64,000 bases of DNA from an uncultured Erysipelotrichaceae bacterium (GCA_902764545.1 CACWWC010000001.1:26482-90481), one strand, 5' to 3'. Shown: positions 46,423-56,964, numbered from the stretch's first letter. Notes: generated by a model not told the origin, from the sequence alone. Translations and numbers: made by a program.

Positions 46423-46628
46423 ATATTCAGTATCTTAAGTCTGAAGTTGAAAAGCTAGTAAATCAAAAACATAATTTTGTTTATTATGGAAGTAGGGGAC
46501 AAAAAGAAAAATTTTATGGATTTATTGATAGTGTCTATCCTAGAATATTTACTGTAAAAACATCTACAGGATTGACAAAAGCTTTTTGTTATAGCGATTA
46601 TGCTATAAAAATGTTAAAAATCATTTGA
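46419..46628 (+). CDS. veg: Veg family protein
   Basis: 69 aa. RGQKEKFYGFIDSVYPRIFTVKT...FCYSDY follows the Veg/DUF1021 pattern. Conserved yabG-veg adjacency. Confidence 0.75.
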   Translation: MNIQYLKSEVEKLVNQKHNFVYYGSRGQKEKFYGFIDSVYPRIFTVKTSTGLTKAFCYSDYAIKMLKII

Positions 46629-46716
46629 TATATTTAAAAAATATTGCATTTTGCAAAATTATATTATAAAATTAATTCATAAAGTTATGTAAGACTTTAA
46701 GAGGGAGGAAATTCTT

Positions 46717-46995
46717 ATGAAAATTACATCAGTAAATGTACGTAAGATTGAAAAGGAAGGTTCTCGTATGAAGGGAATTGCTTCTGTATTATTAGATGAC
46801 AGTTTTGCTGTACATGATATTAGGATTATTGAGGGTGACAACGGTTTGTTTATAGCAATGCCTAGTCGCAAAACTGCAACAGGCGGTTATCGTGATATTG
46901 CACATCCAATAAATCCTGAAGTTCGTTCAATGTTTGAAGAAGCAATTTTGGAAGCTTATGAAAATGCTGAAGATGTAACTGAAGAAGAGGAGTAA
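46717..46995 (+). CDS. spoVG: Septation / stage V sporulation protein SpoVG
   Basis: 92 aa; [52 protein letters not shown]. Confidence 0.95.
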   Translation: MKITSVNVRKIEKEGSRMKGIASVLLDDSFAVHDIRIIEGDNGLFIAMPSRKTATGGYRDIAHPINPEVRSMFEEAILEAYENAEDVTEEEE

Positions 46996-47002
46996 TTTGT
47001 TT

Positions 47003-47028
47003 AAGATGCATACTGCATCTTTTTTTTA
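47003..47028 (+). terminator. Rho-independent terminator of spoVG
   Basis: aagatgc (47003-47009) / gcatctt (47015-47021), followed by a T-run. Confidence 0.7.
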
Positions 47029-47085
47029 TACTTTTTAGTTCTAATTATATATTAAATTCATATATATTTTTTAGGAGGATATATA

Positions 47086-47382
47086 ATGGATAAAGATAAT
47101 TCTAGTATTAATAATTATAATCATAGTGTAAGTTTACTCGAAAGAAAAACATTAGTAATAACTGGTGTAAAAAAAATAGATACATTTGATAAGGTCCATT
47201 TTGTCTTAGATACTACAATGGGTATAATGGTCATAAAAGGTGATGAATTGGAACTAATTAAGCTTGATACACTATCAGGTAACGTTACTATTAAAGGTAC
47301 AGTATCTTCTATTGATTATTTGGCTGAAAATAATAAAAAATCAAGTGATGAAGGATTTATAAGTAGGTTATTTAAATATTGA
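47086..47382 (+). CDS. yabP: Sporulation protein YabP
   Basis: 98 aa. SLLERKTLVITGVKKIDTFDKVHFVLDTTMGIMVIKGDELELIKLD follows the YabP family pattern. Precedes yabQ and divIC as in Bacillus. Confidence 0.85.
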   Translation: MDKDNSSINNYNHSVSLLERKTLVITGVKKIDTFDKVHFVLDTTMGIMVIKGDELELIKLDTLSGNVTIKGTVSSIDYLAENNKKSSDEGFISRLFKY

Positions 47383-47642
47383 ATTTGTATATTCAACTGT
47401 TATGTTTATTATTTTCCTTTTTGTTTGGCATCTTTTTATTCATTATGTTTAAGATAAATTATAGATTGCTAATTATAAGGGGAAGCAAATTAAAATATAT
47501 ATTTGATTTTTTATTAACCTTTTTCATTTCATTGTTGTATTTTTATATATTGTTTTTATTAAATAATGGAATAATCCATTTATACTTTTTTCTTTTAATA
47601 ATTTGTGGTTTTTTATTATCTTATACTTTTTTTGAAAAGTAA
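47379..47642 (+). CDS. yabQ: Spore cortex biosynthesis protein YabQ-like (small polytopic membrane protein)
   Basis: 87 aa, three hydrophobic segments. Overlaps the yabP stop (ATGA-type coupling). The call rests mainly on its position between yabP and divIC. Confidence 0.6.
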   Translation: MNLYIQLLCLLFSFLFGIFLFIMFKINYRLLIIRGSKLKYIFDFLLTFFISLLYFYILFLLNNGIIHLYFFLLIICGFLLSYTFFEK

Positions 47643-47743
47643 TGTAAAATTTATGTAAAACATTGTCTTATATATTGATGTGTATCTTTTTTCGGAGATA
47701 TAATATATTATGTAATTGTATATATAAGAGGCAGGTGAGATTA

Positions 47744-48040
47744 GTGACTAAAAAAAGAAAAAAGAAGGCCAGAAGAAGAATGCTTATATTTGGGTTGGGG
47801 TCTGTTTTTATTATTGTTACTATGACCCTATCTATTGGTAAATATTGGATAGAAATAATCGATAAATATCAAGAAAAAAAGGAATTAAATAAGGAATTAA
47901 TTAAATTGAAGGAAAAAGAAGAGTCCTTAAAAGTTGATGCTGAAAGATTGCAAAACCCTGATTATGTTGCGAGATATGCAAGAGAAAAATATCTTTATTC
48001 TAAGGATGGAGAATATATTTTACAGATACCTGAGGAATAA
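47744..48040 (+). CDS. divIC: Septum formation initiator DivIC/FtsB family
   Basis: Start re-called at GTG 47744 behind AGGCAGGTGAG. Basic N-terminus, one TM (MLIFGLGSVFIIVTMTL), a coiled coil (ELNKELIKLKEKEESLKVDAERLQN), and DYVARYAREKY. Confidence 0.75.
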   Translation: MTKKRKKKARRRMLIFGLGSVFIIVTMTLSIGKYWIEIIDKYQEKKELNKELIKLKEKEESLKVDAERLQNPDYVARYAREKYLYSKDGEYILQIPEE

Positions 48041-48108
48041 TCATATATTTTTCTTTTTTTGTGTATTATGTGGTATAATATAAGTTGTCTTACTGGAGGT
48101 GACTTTTT

Positions 48109-49422
48109 GTGCTGAGTCTAGATAAATGCTTTGAATTTAAAAAAAATGATAAAATTGTAGTCGGATGTTCTGCAGGTCCTGATTCTATGGCTTTAGTCGA
48201 TATGCTTTTAAAGATAAAGAATAAGTATAATCTTTTTATTATTATAGCCCACGTTAATCATAATGTTAGACGAGAAAGCTATGAAGAGGCAGATTTTTTA
48301 AATGAATATTGTATAGAAAATAATCTTCTTTTTGAATCGATGATAATTGAAGAATATGGTGATGATAATTTTCATAATGAGGCAAGGAATATTCGATATA
48401 ATTTTTTTGATTCTATTGTGCATAAGTACGATGCAAATTATCTTATGACTGCTCATCATGGTGATGACTTAATGGAGACAATTTTAATGAGAATTGTTAG
48501 AGGGTCTAATCTTAGAGGATATAGTGGTTTTAAGAAAATAGTTGACATGAATGATTATAAAATTGTTAGGCCATTAGTTAGTTTTACAAAATCAGATTTA
48601 GAAGAATATGATAAACTAAATAATGTAAGGTACTATATTGATAGTTCAAATAGCAAAGATAAATATACCAGAAATAGGTATCGTAAATATGTTCTTCCAT
48701 TCCTTAAATCAGAAGATAAAATGGTTCATAATAAATTTTTAAAGTTTAGCAACTTGCTTTGTGATGCGGATAAATTTATTGAAAGTATAACCCAAATTTC
48801 TATATCTAATTGTATTAGTAAAGGAAAACTAAATATTGATAAGTTTTTATTAGAAGATTCATATATACAAAAAGAAATTTTGTATTATATGCTGGGAGAA
48901 TTTTATCAAGATGATTTAATATTAATTAATGATTCACACATTGATTTAATTAATAAGCTAATTAGAAGTAAGAAAGCTAATTGTTTTGTAAATCTGCCTA
49001 ATAACGTAATAGGAAGAAAAAATTATAATTTTTTTGTATTTGTAAGGGATACAGAGGTTATATCTAGTTATGAAATTGAGTTTGATAGATATGCTATGCT
49101 GCCTAATAAACATAGTATAGAATTAATTGATTATACTACTAATAATAGTAATAATATTTGTAGATTAAAAAGTAGTGACATTCATTTTCCGATAACGATT
49201 CGTCCGCGTAGACTTGGAGATAAAATGAAAGTTAAGGGAATGAATGGAACAAAAAAAGTAAAAGATATATTTATAGATAGTAAGATTGCTTTGAATGAAA
49301 GAGATTCTTGGCCTATTGTTGTTGATGCATTAAATAACATTATTTGGATACCAGGGATTAAAAAATCTAAATTTGATAAAAAAATATCTGAAGATTATGA
49401 TATAATACTTAAATATAACTAA
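48109..49422 (+). CDS. tilS: tRNA(Ile)-lysidine synthase
   Basis: 437 aa, GTG start behind GGAGGTGA. PP-loop VGCSAGPDSMAL. C-terminal TilS domain (RRLGDKMKVKGMNGTKKVKDIFID). Confidence 0.9.
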   Translation: MLSLDKCFEFKKNDKIVVGCSAGPDSMALVDMLLKIKNKYNLFIIIAHVNHNVRRESYEEADFLNEYCIENNLLFESMIIEEYGDDNFHNEARNIRYNFFDSIVHKYDANYLMTAHHGDDLMETILMRIVRGSNLRGYSGFKKIVDMNDYKIVRPLVSFTKSDLEEYDKLNNVRYYIDSSNSKDKYTRNRYRKYVLPFLKSEDKMVHNKFLKFSNLLCDADKFIESITQISISNCISKGKLNIDKFLLEDSYIQKEILYYMLGEFYQDDLILINDSHIDLINKLIRSKKANCFVNLPNNVIGRKNYNFFVFVRDTEVISSYEIEFDRYAMLPNKHSIELIDYTTNNSNNICRLKSSDIHFPITIRPRRLGDKMKVKGMNGTKKVKDIFIDSKIALNERDSWPIVVDALNNIIWIPGIKKSKFDKKISEDYDIILKYN

Positions 49423-49435
49423 GGAGGAAATTTTT

Positions 49436-51406
49436 GTGAATAATAATGTTGATAAAAAAATTATAAAAAAAGGTTTGTTACCTTATCTAATTATTGCATT
49501 AATAATGTTAGGAGTCTTTTATTATTTTAATGTAACAAATACAAAGGAACATTCCTTTACATATGATGAGTTTATGGAAAAACTTGATAATGAAAAGATA
49601 AAAGAAATCGAGGTTACTACTAAGGGTAATGGCTATGTGTATCAGGTTGTTGGGGAATTAAAAAACTATAAAGATGATGAGTATTTTGAGGTTCTACTGC
49701 CTTTAAGCGATCAGGTTATGAAGAAAATAGTAGATGCAAGCGATATTCAGGACTTTAAACTTACTGTTCATCCGGATCCTGAAAGTTCTGAGTGGATTGC
49801 TATTTTGGTTAATTTTCTTCCTATAGCCATTTTAATTGTTTTTGCATTTTGGTTTTTTAATAAACAAATGTCTGGTAATAGAAATTCTTTAGATTTTGGA
49901 AAAAGCAGAGCTAAGTTGGTTAGTGAAAGCAATAAAGTTACTTTTAAAGATGTTGCAGGATTAAAAGAAGAAAAAGAAGAAGTAAAAGAGTTAATAGATT
50001 TTTTAAAAAGCCCAAAGAAATTCCAAAAATTAGGAGCTAGAATTCCTAAAGGAGTGCTACTTTTTGGCCCTCCAGGAACAGGAAAAACATTATTGGCAAA
50101 AGCTGTTGCCGGTGAGGCTGAGGTTCCTTTCTATTTTATAAGTGGTTCTGATTTTGTTGAATTATTTGTGGGTGTTGGTGCGAGCCGTGTAAGAGATATG
50201 TTCAAAGAAGCAAAAAGAAATGCTCCATGTTTAATTTTTATTGATGAAATTGATGCCGTTGGACGTCAAAGAGGTTCTGGAATTGGTGGTGGACATGATG
50301 AGCGTGAGCAAACATTAAACCAATTATTAACTGAGATGGATGGATTTGGAGCTAATGAAGGAATTATAATTATTGCAGCTACAAATAGACCTGATGTATT
50401 GGATCCAGCTTTGTTAAGGCCAGGAAGATTTGATAGACAAGTTACTGTAAATTTGCCTGATGTCAAAGGTCGTGAGGAAATACTTGCCGTACATGCAAAA
50501 AATAAAATATTAGCTGATGGAATAACTCTAGAAAACTTAGCTAAAAGGACTCCTGGATTTAGTGGTGCTGATTTGGAGAACTTACTTAATGAGGCTGCTT
50601 TGCTTGCTGTAAGAAGAGATAAAAATGAAATAACAATGAGCGAAATAGATGAGGCTACAGATAGAGTTTTAATGGGGCCTGCTAAGGTTAGTCGTAAATA
50701 TACAGAAAATGATAGAAGGCTTGTTGCTTATCACGAAGCTGGTCATGCTGTTGTTGGTTTAAAACTTCAGGGTGCTAGCGATGTTCAAAAGGTTACAATA
50801 ATTCCAAGAGGGTCTGCCGGTGGTTATAACATGATGGTTCCTAGTGAAGAAAAACTATGTTCAACAAAGACTGATTTGCTTGAAGAAATAACAGGATTAT
50901 TAGGTGGACGTAGTGCTGAAGAGATAACTTTTGGTGAAATTACGACTGGTGCACACAATGATTTTGAAAAAGCCACAAAGATTGCGAGAGCTATGGTAAC
51001 TGAATATGGAATGAGTGATCTTGGACCGTTACAATTTGAGCAACAATCTGGAAGCGTATTTTTAGGAAGAGATTATAATAAGCCACAACACTTTTCAAAT
51101 GAAGTTGCTAATGAAATTGATATGGAGATGAGAAAAATTATTAATGAATGTCATAAAAAAGCAAAAGACATTATTAATAAGAATAAAGACTTATTAAAAT
51201 TGATAGCGGAAACACTGTTGGAATACGAAACAATAACTAAAGAACAAATTGATTACTTAGTGGAAAACGGTAAAATGCCAGAGGAAGACGAAAACAATCT
51301 CGAATCATTATCTATAACTAAGTTAAGGGAAATTGCGAAAAATAAAGGTGTTAAAGATTTTTCTAAGATGAATAAAGCTGAGTTGTTAAAAAAATTAAAT
51401 GATTAA
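49436..51406 (+). CDS. ftsH: ATP-dependent zinc metalloprotease FtsH, with a C-terminal Rho_N/SAP-like tail
   Basis: 656 aa. Walker [17 protein letters not shown], Zn site HEAGHAV. Extra tail [30 protein letters not shown]. Confidence 0.97.
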   Translation: MNNNVDKKIIKKGLLPYLIIALIMLGVFYYFNVTNTKEHSFTYDEFMEKLDNEKIKEIEVTTKGNGYVYQVVGELKNYKDDEYFEVLLPLSDQVMKKIVDASDIQDFKLTVHPDPESSEWIAILVNFLPIAILIVFAFWFFNKQMSGNRNSLDFGKSRAKLVSESNKVTFKDVAGLKEEKEEVKELIDFLKSPKKFQKLGARIPKGVLLFGPPGTGKTLLAKAVAGEAEVPFYFISGSDFVELFVGVGASRVRDMFKEAKRNAPCLIFIDEIDAVGRQRGSGIGGGHDEREQTLNQLLTEMDGFGANEGIIIIAATNRPDVLDPALLRPGRFDRQVTVNLPDVKGREEILAVHAKNKILADGITLENLAKRTPGFSGADLENLLNEAALLAVRRDKNEITMSEIDEATDRVLMGPAKVSRKYTENDRRLVAYHEAGHAVVGLKLQGASDVQKVTIIPRGSAGGYNMMVPSEEKLCSTKTDLLEEITGLLGGRSAEEITFGEITTGAHNDFEKATKIARAMVTEYGMSDLGPLQFEQQSGSVFLGRDYNKPQHFSNEVANEIDMEMRKIINECHKKAKDIINKNKDLLKLIAETLLEYETITKEQIDYLVENGKMPEEDENNLESLSITKLREIAKNKGVKDFSKMNKAELLKKLND

Positions 51407-51440
51407 AAAGGTAAACATTTTGATTGTTTACCTTTTTCTT
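51406..51440 (+). terminator. Rho-independent terminator of ftsH
   Basis: aaaaggtaaaca (51406-51417) / tgtttacctttt (51425-51436) with a 7-nt loop, followed by T residues. Confidence 0.75.
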
Positions 51441-51488
51441 GCAAAAAAATGATAAATACTATATTATTATCTTCAAGGAGATGATAAT

Positions 51489-51926
51489 ATGGCTAAAAAG
51501 TTAAGTACTGAAGATTTGGCTAAATTAAAAAGTAAAAGCAAAGGTTTTATTGATGAGTTTAAAGAATTCATAATGCGTGGTAATGTTATGGATATGGCTA
51601 TAGGTGTTATTATTGGTGGTGCATTTTCTAATATTGTAACTGCATTGACGAATGATTTTATTAATCCATTAATAAATGGTATTGGCGGTGCAGAAGTCGC
51701 TGGAACTTTTAAAATCTATGGAGGGCAAGTAATTAAATATGGAGATTTTATTACTTCTGTTATAAATTTTCTAATTATGGCTTTTGTACTATTTATTTTA
51801 CTTAAGACGTTCAATAGTATAGCAGCAATTGGTAAGAAAGAAGAAGAGGAAAAAGAACAAAAAAAAGCAGAAGATATTGTTTTGCTTGAGGAGATAAGAG
51901 ATTTATTAAAAAAACAGCAAAAATAG
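51489..51926 (+). CDS. mscL: Large-conductance mechanosensitive channel MscL
   Basis: 145 aa; EFKEFIMRGNVMDMAIGVIIGGAF; two TM helices; charged C-terminal helix. Confidence 0.95.
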   Translation: MAKKLSTEDLAKLKSKSKGFIDEFKEFIMRGNVMDMAIGVIIGGAFSNIVTALTNDFINPLINGIGGAEVAGTFKIYGGQVIKYGDFITSVINFLIMAFVLFILLKTFNSIAAIGKKEEEEKEQKKAEDIVLLEEIRDLLKKQQK

Positions 51927-52006
51927 GAATTATCCTATTTTTTCTTTTGTGTTATTGATATAATTTGTTTTATAAGTTATAATATGCTTGTTTTGGAGGT
52001 CTAGTG

Positions 52007-52981
52007 ATGGAGTGGTATATTGGAAATATTAAAATAGATAATCAAGTCATTATGGCTCCAATGGCGGGAATATCTAATTCAGCATATAGAACAATTTGTA
52101 AAGAAATGGGATGTGGTTTAATATATGCTGAAATGGTTAGTGATAAAGCCATTACCTTTAATAATAAAAAAACTATTGATATGCTTTATGTCACTGATTA
52201 TGAAAGGCCAATTGTTCAACAAATCTTTGGTTGTGATGTTGACTCGTTTGTATATGCTGCTCGATATATTGAAAGAGAAATGCATCCTGATATTATTGAT
52301 ATTAATATGGGGTGTCCAGTCCCTAAAGTTGCGATTCGTGCCCAGGCGGGGTCTGCACTTTTAAAAAGTCCAGAAAAAGTTTATGAAATTGTGAAAGCGG
52401 TTGTGGATGCAGTTTCAGTACCTGTGACAGTTAAAATTCGAAGTGGGTGGGATATGAATCACATAAATGCTGTTGAGTTAGCCAAATTAATTGAAAAGGC
52501 TGGAGCTAGTGCTATATGTGTTCATCCTAGAACAAGAAGTCAGGGTTATAGCGGAAAAGCTGATTGGAGTATAATTAAGGATGTCAAGAATAATGTTTCA
52601 ATTCCTGTTATTGGTAATGGTGACATAAAAACACCACAGGATGCTAGAAGAATGCTTGAAGAGACTAATTGTGATGCTATTATGATAGGAAGGGGACTTT
52701 TAGGTAACCCTTGGTTAATAAGAAATACTATAAATTATCTTGATGGTAAACCTTTATTTAGTGTAACGTGTGTTGATAAGGTTGATATGTGCTTGAAGCA
52801 TCTTAAATTATTACTTGAAACAAAACCTGAAAAGATGGCTAGTTTGGAAATTAGAAATCATATTTCGTGGTATTTTAAAGGAATTGAGGGTGCAAATGAA
52901 TTAAAAAATAAAGTCTATCAAACATCAAATATTCATGATATAATTTCATTATTAAATGAATTTAAGGAGAGATTTAAATGA
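52007..52981 (+). CDS. dusB: tRNA-dihydrouridine synthase (DusB type)
   Basis: ATG 52007 is 7 nt after GGAGG. MAPMAGISNSAYR, DINMGCPVPKV, VTVKIRSGW, HPRTR. Confidence 0.9.
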   Translation: MEWYIGNIKIDNQVIMAPMAGISNSAYRTICKEMGCGLIYAEMVSDKAITFNNKKTIDMLYVTDYERPIVQQIFGCDVDSFVYAARYIEREMHPDIIDINMGCPVPKVAIRAQAGSALLKSPEKVYEIVKAVVDAVSVPVTVKIRSGWDMNHINAVELAKLIEKAGASAICVHPRTRSQGYSGKADWSIIKDVKNNVSIPVIGNGDIKTPQDARRMLEETNCDAIMIGRGLLGNPWLIRNTINYLDGKPLFSVTCVDKVDMCLKHLKLLLETKPEKMASLEIRNHISWYFKGIEGANELKNKVYQTSNIHDIISLLNEFKERFK

Positions 52982-53595
52982 GTGGAGCTGTTAATGGTTT
53001 TAAGAAAGCATTATTTATCCAGAGATTTTTAGCATTTATGATTGATGCTTTTATTATTTTGGTGTTAACTTCAATAATTTCAATTCCGTTTGTAAATAAC
53101 AAGCAGATAGAAAAATTAAATAATAAATCTTATGAACTTATTGAAAAAATGCGCGATAATGATATTTCTTCAAGTAAATATATTACTGATTATATGAATA
53201 TTAGTTATGATTTAGCTAAGAATAACGGCATGACTACTATTATAAGTATTTTCTTTGGTTTGATTTTTTATGTTGTTTATCCACTGCATAATAAAGGTCA
53301 GTCTATTGGAAAACGACTTTTAAAAATTAAGATTGTTTCTGAAAATGGAGTTTTAACAATGAATCAGTTAATATTTAGATCATTTATTGCTAACTCTATG
53401 TTATTGGATTTACTATCTGTTGTATTATTGTTAGTGACTTCAAAGCCTATTTATTTATGTTGTTTTGGTTTATTTTCAGTAATACAGTACATGGTTACAT
53501 TTATTTCAGTATTTATGATTATATGTAGTAAAAAGGGAAGGGCTATACATGATATTGTTGCGAGAACTTGTGTTGTTAAGGAGGATATTAAATGA
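52978..53595 (+). CDS. RDD-family membrane protein
   Basis: 205 aa. RFLAFMIDAFIILVL, GQSIGKRLLKIKIV and a late ...RAIHDIVA follow the RDD pattern. 4-nt overlaps with both dusB and lysS. Confidence 0.7.
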   Translation: MSGAVNGFKKALFIQRFLAFMIDAFIILVLTSIISIPFVNNKQIEKLNNKSYELIEKMRDNDISSSKYITDYMNISYDLAKNNGMTTIISIFFGLIFYVVYPLHNKGQSIGKRLLKIKIVSENGVLTMNQLIFRSFIANSMLLDLLSVVLLLVTSKPIYLCCFGLFSVIQYMVTFISVFMIICSKKGRAIHDIVARTCVVKEDIK

Positions 53596-55079
53596 GAAAT
53601 TTTAGTGAACAAGAACTTGTTAGGAGAGAAAAAAGTAAAAAGATAAGGGATTTAGGGTTAGATCCTTATGGGCAGAGATACGATAGAAAAGATTTTGCTT
53701 TTGAGATAAAAGAAAAATACAAAGATGTTGCTCATGATGATTTTGATAATATGAGTGATACTGCAAGAGTGGCTGGAAGAATTATGTTTATAAGAAAAAT
53801 GGGCAAAGCTTCATTTTTCACAATAAAGGATAAAACAGGAACTATTCAAGTATATATATCTATTAATGATGTTGGTGAAGATGTCTATAACATGTTTAAA
53901 ATGGCTGATATTGGGGATATTGTTGGTGTTGAAGGTAAGGTGATGAAAACCAAGACTGGCGAGGTTACAATAAAGTGTTTAGAGTATACACATTTAGTAA
54001 AAGCATTGAGACCATTACCTGAAAAGTTTCATGGTCTGACTGATGTCGAGGAAAGATATAGAAGAAGATATGTTGATTTAATTATGAATGATGAGTCAAG
54101 AAAAGTTGCTTTTATGAGACCAAAGATTATTAGATGTATTCAAAACTTTTTAGATAGTCAAGGTTTTGTGGAGGTAGAAACTCCTATTTTAACTACTCTA
54201 TTGACAGGTGCTTCAGCTAGACCATTTACTACACATCATAATGCTCAAAATTTAGATATGCATTTAAGAATCGCACTAGAATTAAATTTGAAAAGATTGT
54301 TAGTTGGCGGAATGGAGTCTGTATATGAAATAGGCAGAACTTTTAGAAATGAGGGGATGGATCCTCAACATAATCCTGAATTTACAATGATGGAAGTATA
54401 TCAAGCGTATTCAGATTTAGATGGAATGATGGATTTGACAGAAAGGATGTATAAAACTATTGCCGAAGAAGTATGTGGAAAAATGACTTTTAATTATTTA
54501 GGTCATGAAATAGACTTATCTGGAGAGTGGAAGAGAATTTCAATGACTGATGCTATTAAGGATAAAATAGGTATAGATTTTAAAGATATTTCAGATTTAG
54601 ATGAGTGTATTAAATTGGCATCTCAACATCATATTGAATTAGAAGAGCATGAAAAACAGTATGGACATATTGTTAATAAATTTTTTGAAAAATATGTTGA
54701 AGAGACATTGATAGAACCAACTTTCTTATATGGACATCCAATTGAGATCAGTCCACTAACTAAAAAAGATCCTAAGGATGAGAGATTCACACAACGATTT
54801 GAACTTTTTATTTCTGGGCATGAGTGTGCTAATGCGTACACTGAACTTAATGATCCTGATGATCAGTTAGAAAGATTTGAGGCTCAGTTAAAAGAAAAGG
54901 ATTTAGGTAATGATGAGGCAACTGACATCGATATGGATTTTATTGAGGCTTTAGAATATGGAATGCCACCTGCTGGTGGAATTGGATATGGTATTGATAG
55001 ATTGATTATGCTATTTACTGAACAGGAATCAATTAGGGATGTATTGTTGTTTCCAACTATGAAAGAAAAAAATAAATAG
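53592..55079 (+). CDS. lysS: Lysine--tRNA ligase (class II)
   Basis: 495 aa. OB-fold N-domain, class II motifs YEIGRTFRNEG and GGIGYGIDRLIML. Confidence 0.95.
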   Translation: MRNFSEQELVRREKSKKIRDLGLDPYGQRYDRKDFAFEIKEKYKDVAHDDFDNMSDTARVAGRIMFIRKMGKASFFTIKDKTGTIQVYISINDVGEDVYNMFKMADIGDIVGVEGKVMKTKTGEVTIKCLEYTHLVKALRPLPEKFHGLTDVEERYRRRYVDLIMNDESRKVAFMRPKIIRCIQNFLDSQGFVEVETPILTTLLTGASARPFTTHHNAQNLDMHLRIALELNLKRLLVGGMESVYEIGRTFRNEGMDPQHNPEFTMMEVYQAYSDLDGMMDLTERMYKTIAEEVCGKMTFNYLGHEIDLSGEWKRISMTDAIKDKIGIDFKDISDLDECIKLASQHHIELEEHEKQYGHIVNKFFEKYVEETLIEPTFLYGHPIEISPLTKKDPKDERFTQRFELFISGHECANAYTELNDPDDQLERFEAQLKEKDLGNDEATDIDMDFIEALEYGMPPAGGIGYGIDRLIMLFTEQESIRDVLLFPTMKEKNK

Positions 55080-55197
55080 ATATTACAATTTCGTGAATAA
55101 ACTAAATGGGGCTTTGCCCTTTTTATTTTGATAAAAAAGATGGAAATACTTGTAAATTTTTAAGTTATTGGTTTATAATTATATTGGGAGGTTAATT

Positions 55198-56859
55198 ATG
55201 AAAAAACATAATATAGTGAAAATCGTTCTTATTACTATTTTAGTGTTCTTATTACTTTCTTGGATTTTACCTGCTGCATATTATTCAGGTCAGTATATAG
55301 ATCAAGGACGAGTACAAATGGGATTATATGAATTGTTCAATTATCCATTAACTTCAATTTCTTATTTTGGATATATTGCTTTATTTATAATCTTTGTTGG
55401 GGGTTTTTATGGGGTTTTATATAAAATTCCAGCTTATCGTACTTTTTTGGATAAAATTGTGTCTATTTTTAATGGAAAAGAAAAAGTTTTTATTTCATTA
55501 GTAGTAATTCTACTTGCTGTTGGAGTTTCTTTTTGCGGACTTCAGTTGGCATATATATTTTTTATTCCATTTTTAGTAGCGTTAATTTTACTAATGGGAT
55601 ATGATAAAATTGTTGCAGCTATGACAATTGTAGGTTCTGTTGCAGTTGGTATGATTGGAAGTACATATGCGTATTCTAATTTGAACGTTTTAACTTCTAC
55701 ACTGTCATTGAAGTTAGATTATCAGATTGGTGTAAGGGTTGTAATTTTAATTGTTGGTATTTTCTTGGTGATATTTAATACTTTGTCATACATAAAAAAA
55801 TATATGAGTTCTGCAAAGAAAGTGGCACCAAAAGAAATAAAATCAACAATTGAGGATGTAACTGATGAAAACAAAGTAGTTTCAAAAGATAAAAGTACTA
55901 ATAAGAAATCTACAAGTACTAAAAAAGGTTCTACTACTAAGGTTTCTTCAAAAACTACGAAAACTACAAAATCAAAACCATCAACAAGTAAAAGCAATAC
56001 TAAAGCTAAGTCATCACGTAATAATAAGGCTGCATTGAGAGATGAGGATATAATTGTTGTTAAGGAATCAGTTATTGATAATTACGATAATGACAAATAT
56101 CTAGTTCCTACACGTGTTGAGGCAACGCATAAGGTTTGGCCATTTGTATGTGGATTTATTTTAATGTTTATTCTTGTTGTTTTGGCGTTTGTAGCATGGG
56201 GAGAAGGAGGATTTGGTCTATCATTGTTTGATGATATAACAAAATCAGTTTCTAAGTTCAAAATATTTGGATTCCCATTATTTGCTAAATTATATGGTAC
56301 AATGAATTCATTTGGTACTTGGACTATAATTGATTTATTCTTACCAATTTCTTTATTATTAACAATATTAGTTATAATTTATAAGGTAAGTTTTGATGAC
56401 TTGTTAGATGGATTTGCAAACGGAGTAAGAAAAGCTCTTTTGCCTGCTTTTATTTCAGTTTTGATTTATACATGTCTAGTTTTAGTAACTTATCATCCAT
56501 ATCAGTTAACAATTTATAAGGCTCTATTGGGAATTGGAAAAGGCTTTAATATTGTTACTACGTTATTTGTTTCAATTTTAGCAAGTTTATTTAATGGTGA
56601 TATTTCATATGTAAGTCAGAGTGTTATACCATATTATACTTCTGTTGTTACTAATACAGATAACTATTCAATAGTTGGAGTTATATTCCAATCAATGTAT
56701 GGTTTTACTATGTTATTTGCACCTACAAGTTTAATTCTTATGAGTACTTTAGCATATTTGAAAGTTTCATATAAAGATTGGATAAAAAATATTTGGAAGC
56801 TTTTATTAGAACTCTTTATTATTCTTTTAATTGTTTTCATTATTTTAGCTCTTATTTAA
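55198..56859 (+). CDS. Polytopic membrane protein, YfcC / C4-dicarboxylate-anaerobic-carrier-like, with a Lys/Ser/Thr-rich loop
   Basis: Start re-called at ATG 55198 behind GGGAGG. The N-terminus (KKHNIVKIVLITILVFLLLSWILPAAYYSGQY) resembles YfcC-family starts. Many TM segments. About 60 aa of KSTNKKSTSTKKGSTTKVSSKTTKTTKSKPSTSKSN. Family assignment is tentative. Confidence 0.55.
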   Translation: MKKHNIVKIVLITILVFLLLSWILPAAYYSGQYIDQGRVQMGLYELFNYPLTSISYFGYIALFIIFVGGFYGVLYKIPAYRTFLDKIVSIFNGKEKVFISLVVILLAVGVSFCGLQLAYIFFIPFLVALILLMGYDKIVAAMTIVGSVAVGMIGSTYAYSNLNVLTSTLSLKLDYQIGVRVVILIVGIFLVIFNTLSYIKKYMSSAKKVAPKEIKSTIEDVTDENKVVSKDKSTNKKSTSTKKGSTTKVSSKTTKTTKSKPSTSKSNTKAKSSRNNKAALRDEDIIVVKESVIDNYDNDKYLVPTRVEATHKVWPFVCGFILMFILVVLAFVAWGEGGFGLSLFDDITKSVSKFKIFGFPLFAKLYGTMNSFGTWTIIDLFLPISLLLTILVIIYKVSFDDLLDGFANGVRKALLPAFISVLIYTCLVLVTYHPYQLTIYKALLGIGKGFNIVTTLFVSILASLFNGDISYVSQSVIPYYTSVVTNTDNYSIVGVIFQSMYGFTMLFAPTSLILMSTLAYLKVSYKDWIKNIWKLLLELFIILLIVFIILALI

Positions 56860-56882
56860 TAAATTAATGAAATAAAATAATG

Positions 56883-56917
56883 AACTTTATAGTATTATTT
56901 ACTATAAAGTTTTTTTT
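56883..56917 (+). terminator. Rho-independent terminator after the YfcC-like gene
   Basis: aactttatagt (56883-56893) / actataaagtt (56901-56911) with a 7-nt loop, then a T-run. Confidence 0.8.
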
Positions 56918-56964
56918 GTAAATTATTATATATCTGATATAATATCTTTGTGTGAGGTGATTTT

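Noticed and set aside
46629-46716. TTGCATTTTGCAA palindrome and a possible SigH-type promoter upstream of spoVG.
   Set aside because: I could not match the SigH -35/-10 consensus with confidence. The palindrome is short and could simply overlap a sigma-A -35 box, which is not enough evidence to report as a feature.
52125-52364. Same-strand alternative-frame ORFs inside dusB (52125-52364), gyrA (25801-26004), dnaX (29632-29832) and cysS (57167-57364).
   Set aside because: They are short, out of frame with well-supported genes, and have no RBS or recognisable product. They are typical chance ORFs.
56860-56964. Looked for T-box leaders upstream of cysS and lysS, as found for metG.
   Set aside because: The region upstream of cysS holds only a terminator hairpin and a short promoter-like stretch, with no GGTGGTACCGCG T-box sequence. 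lysS is translationally coupled to the RDD gene with no leader at all.
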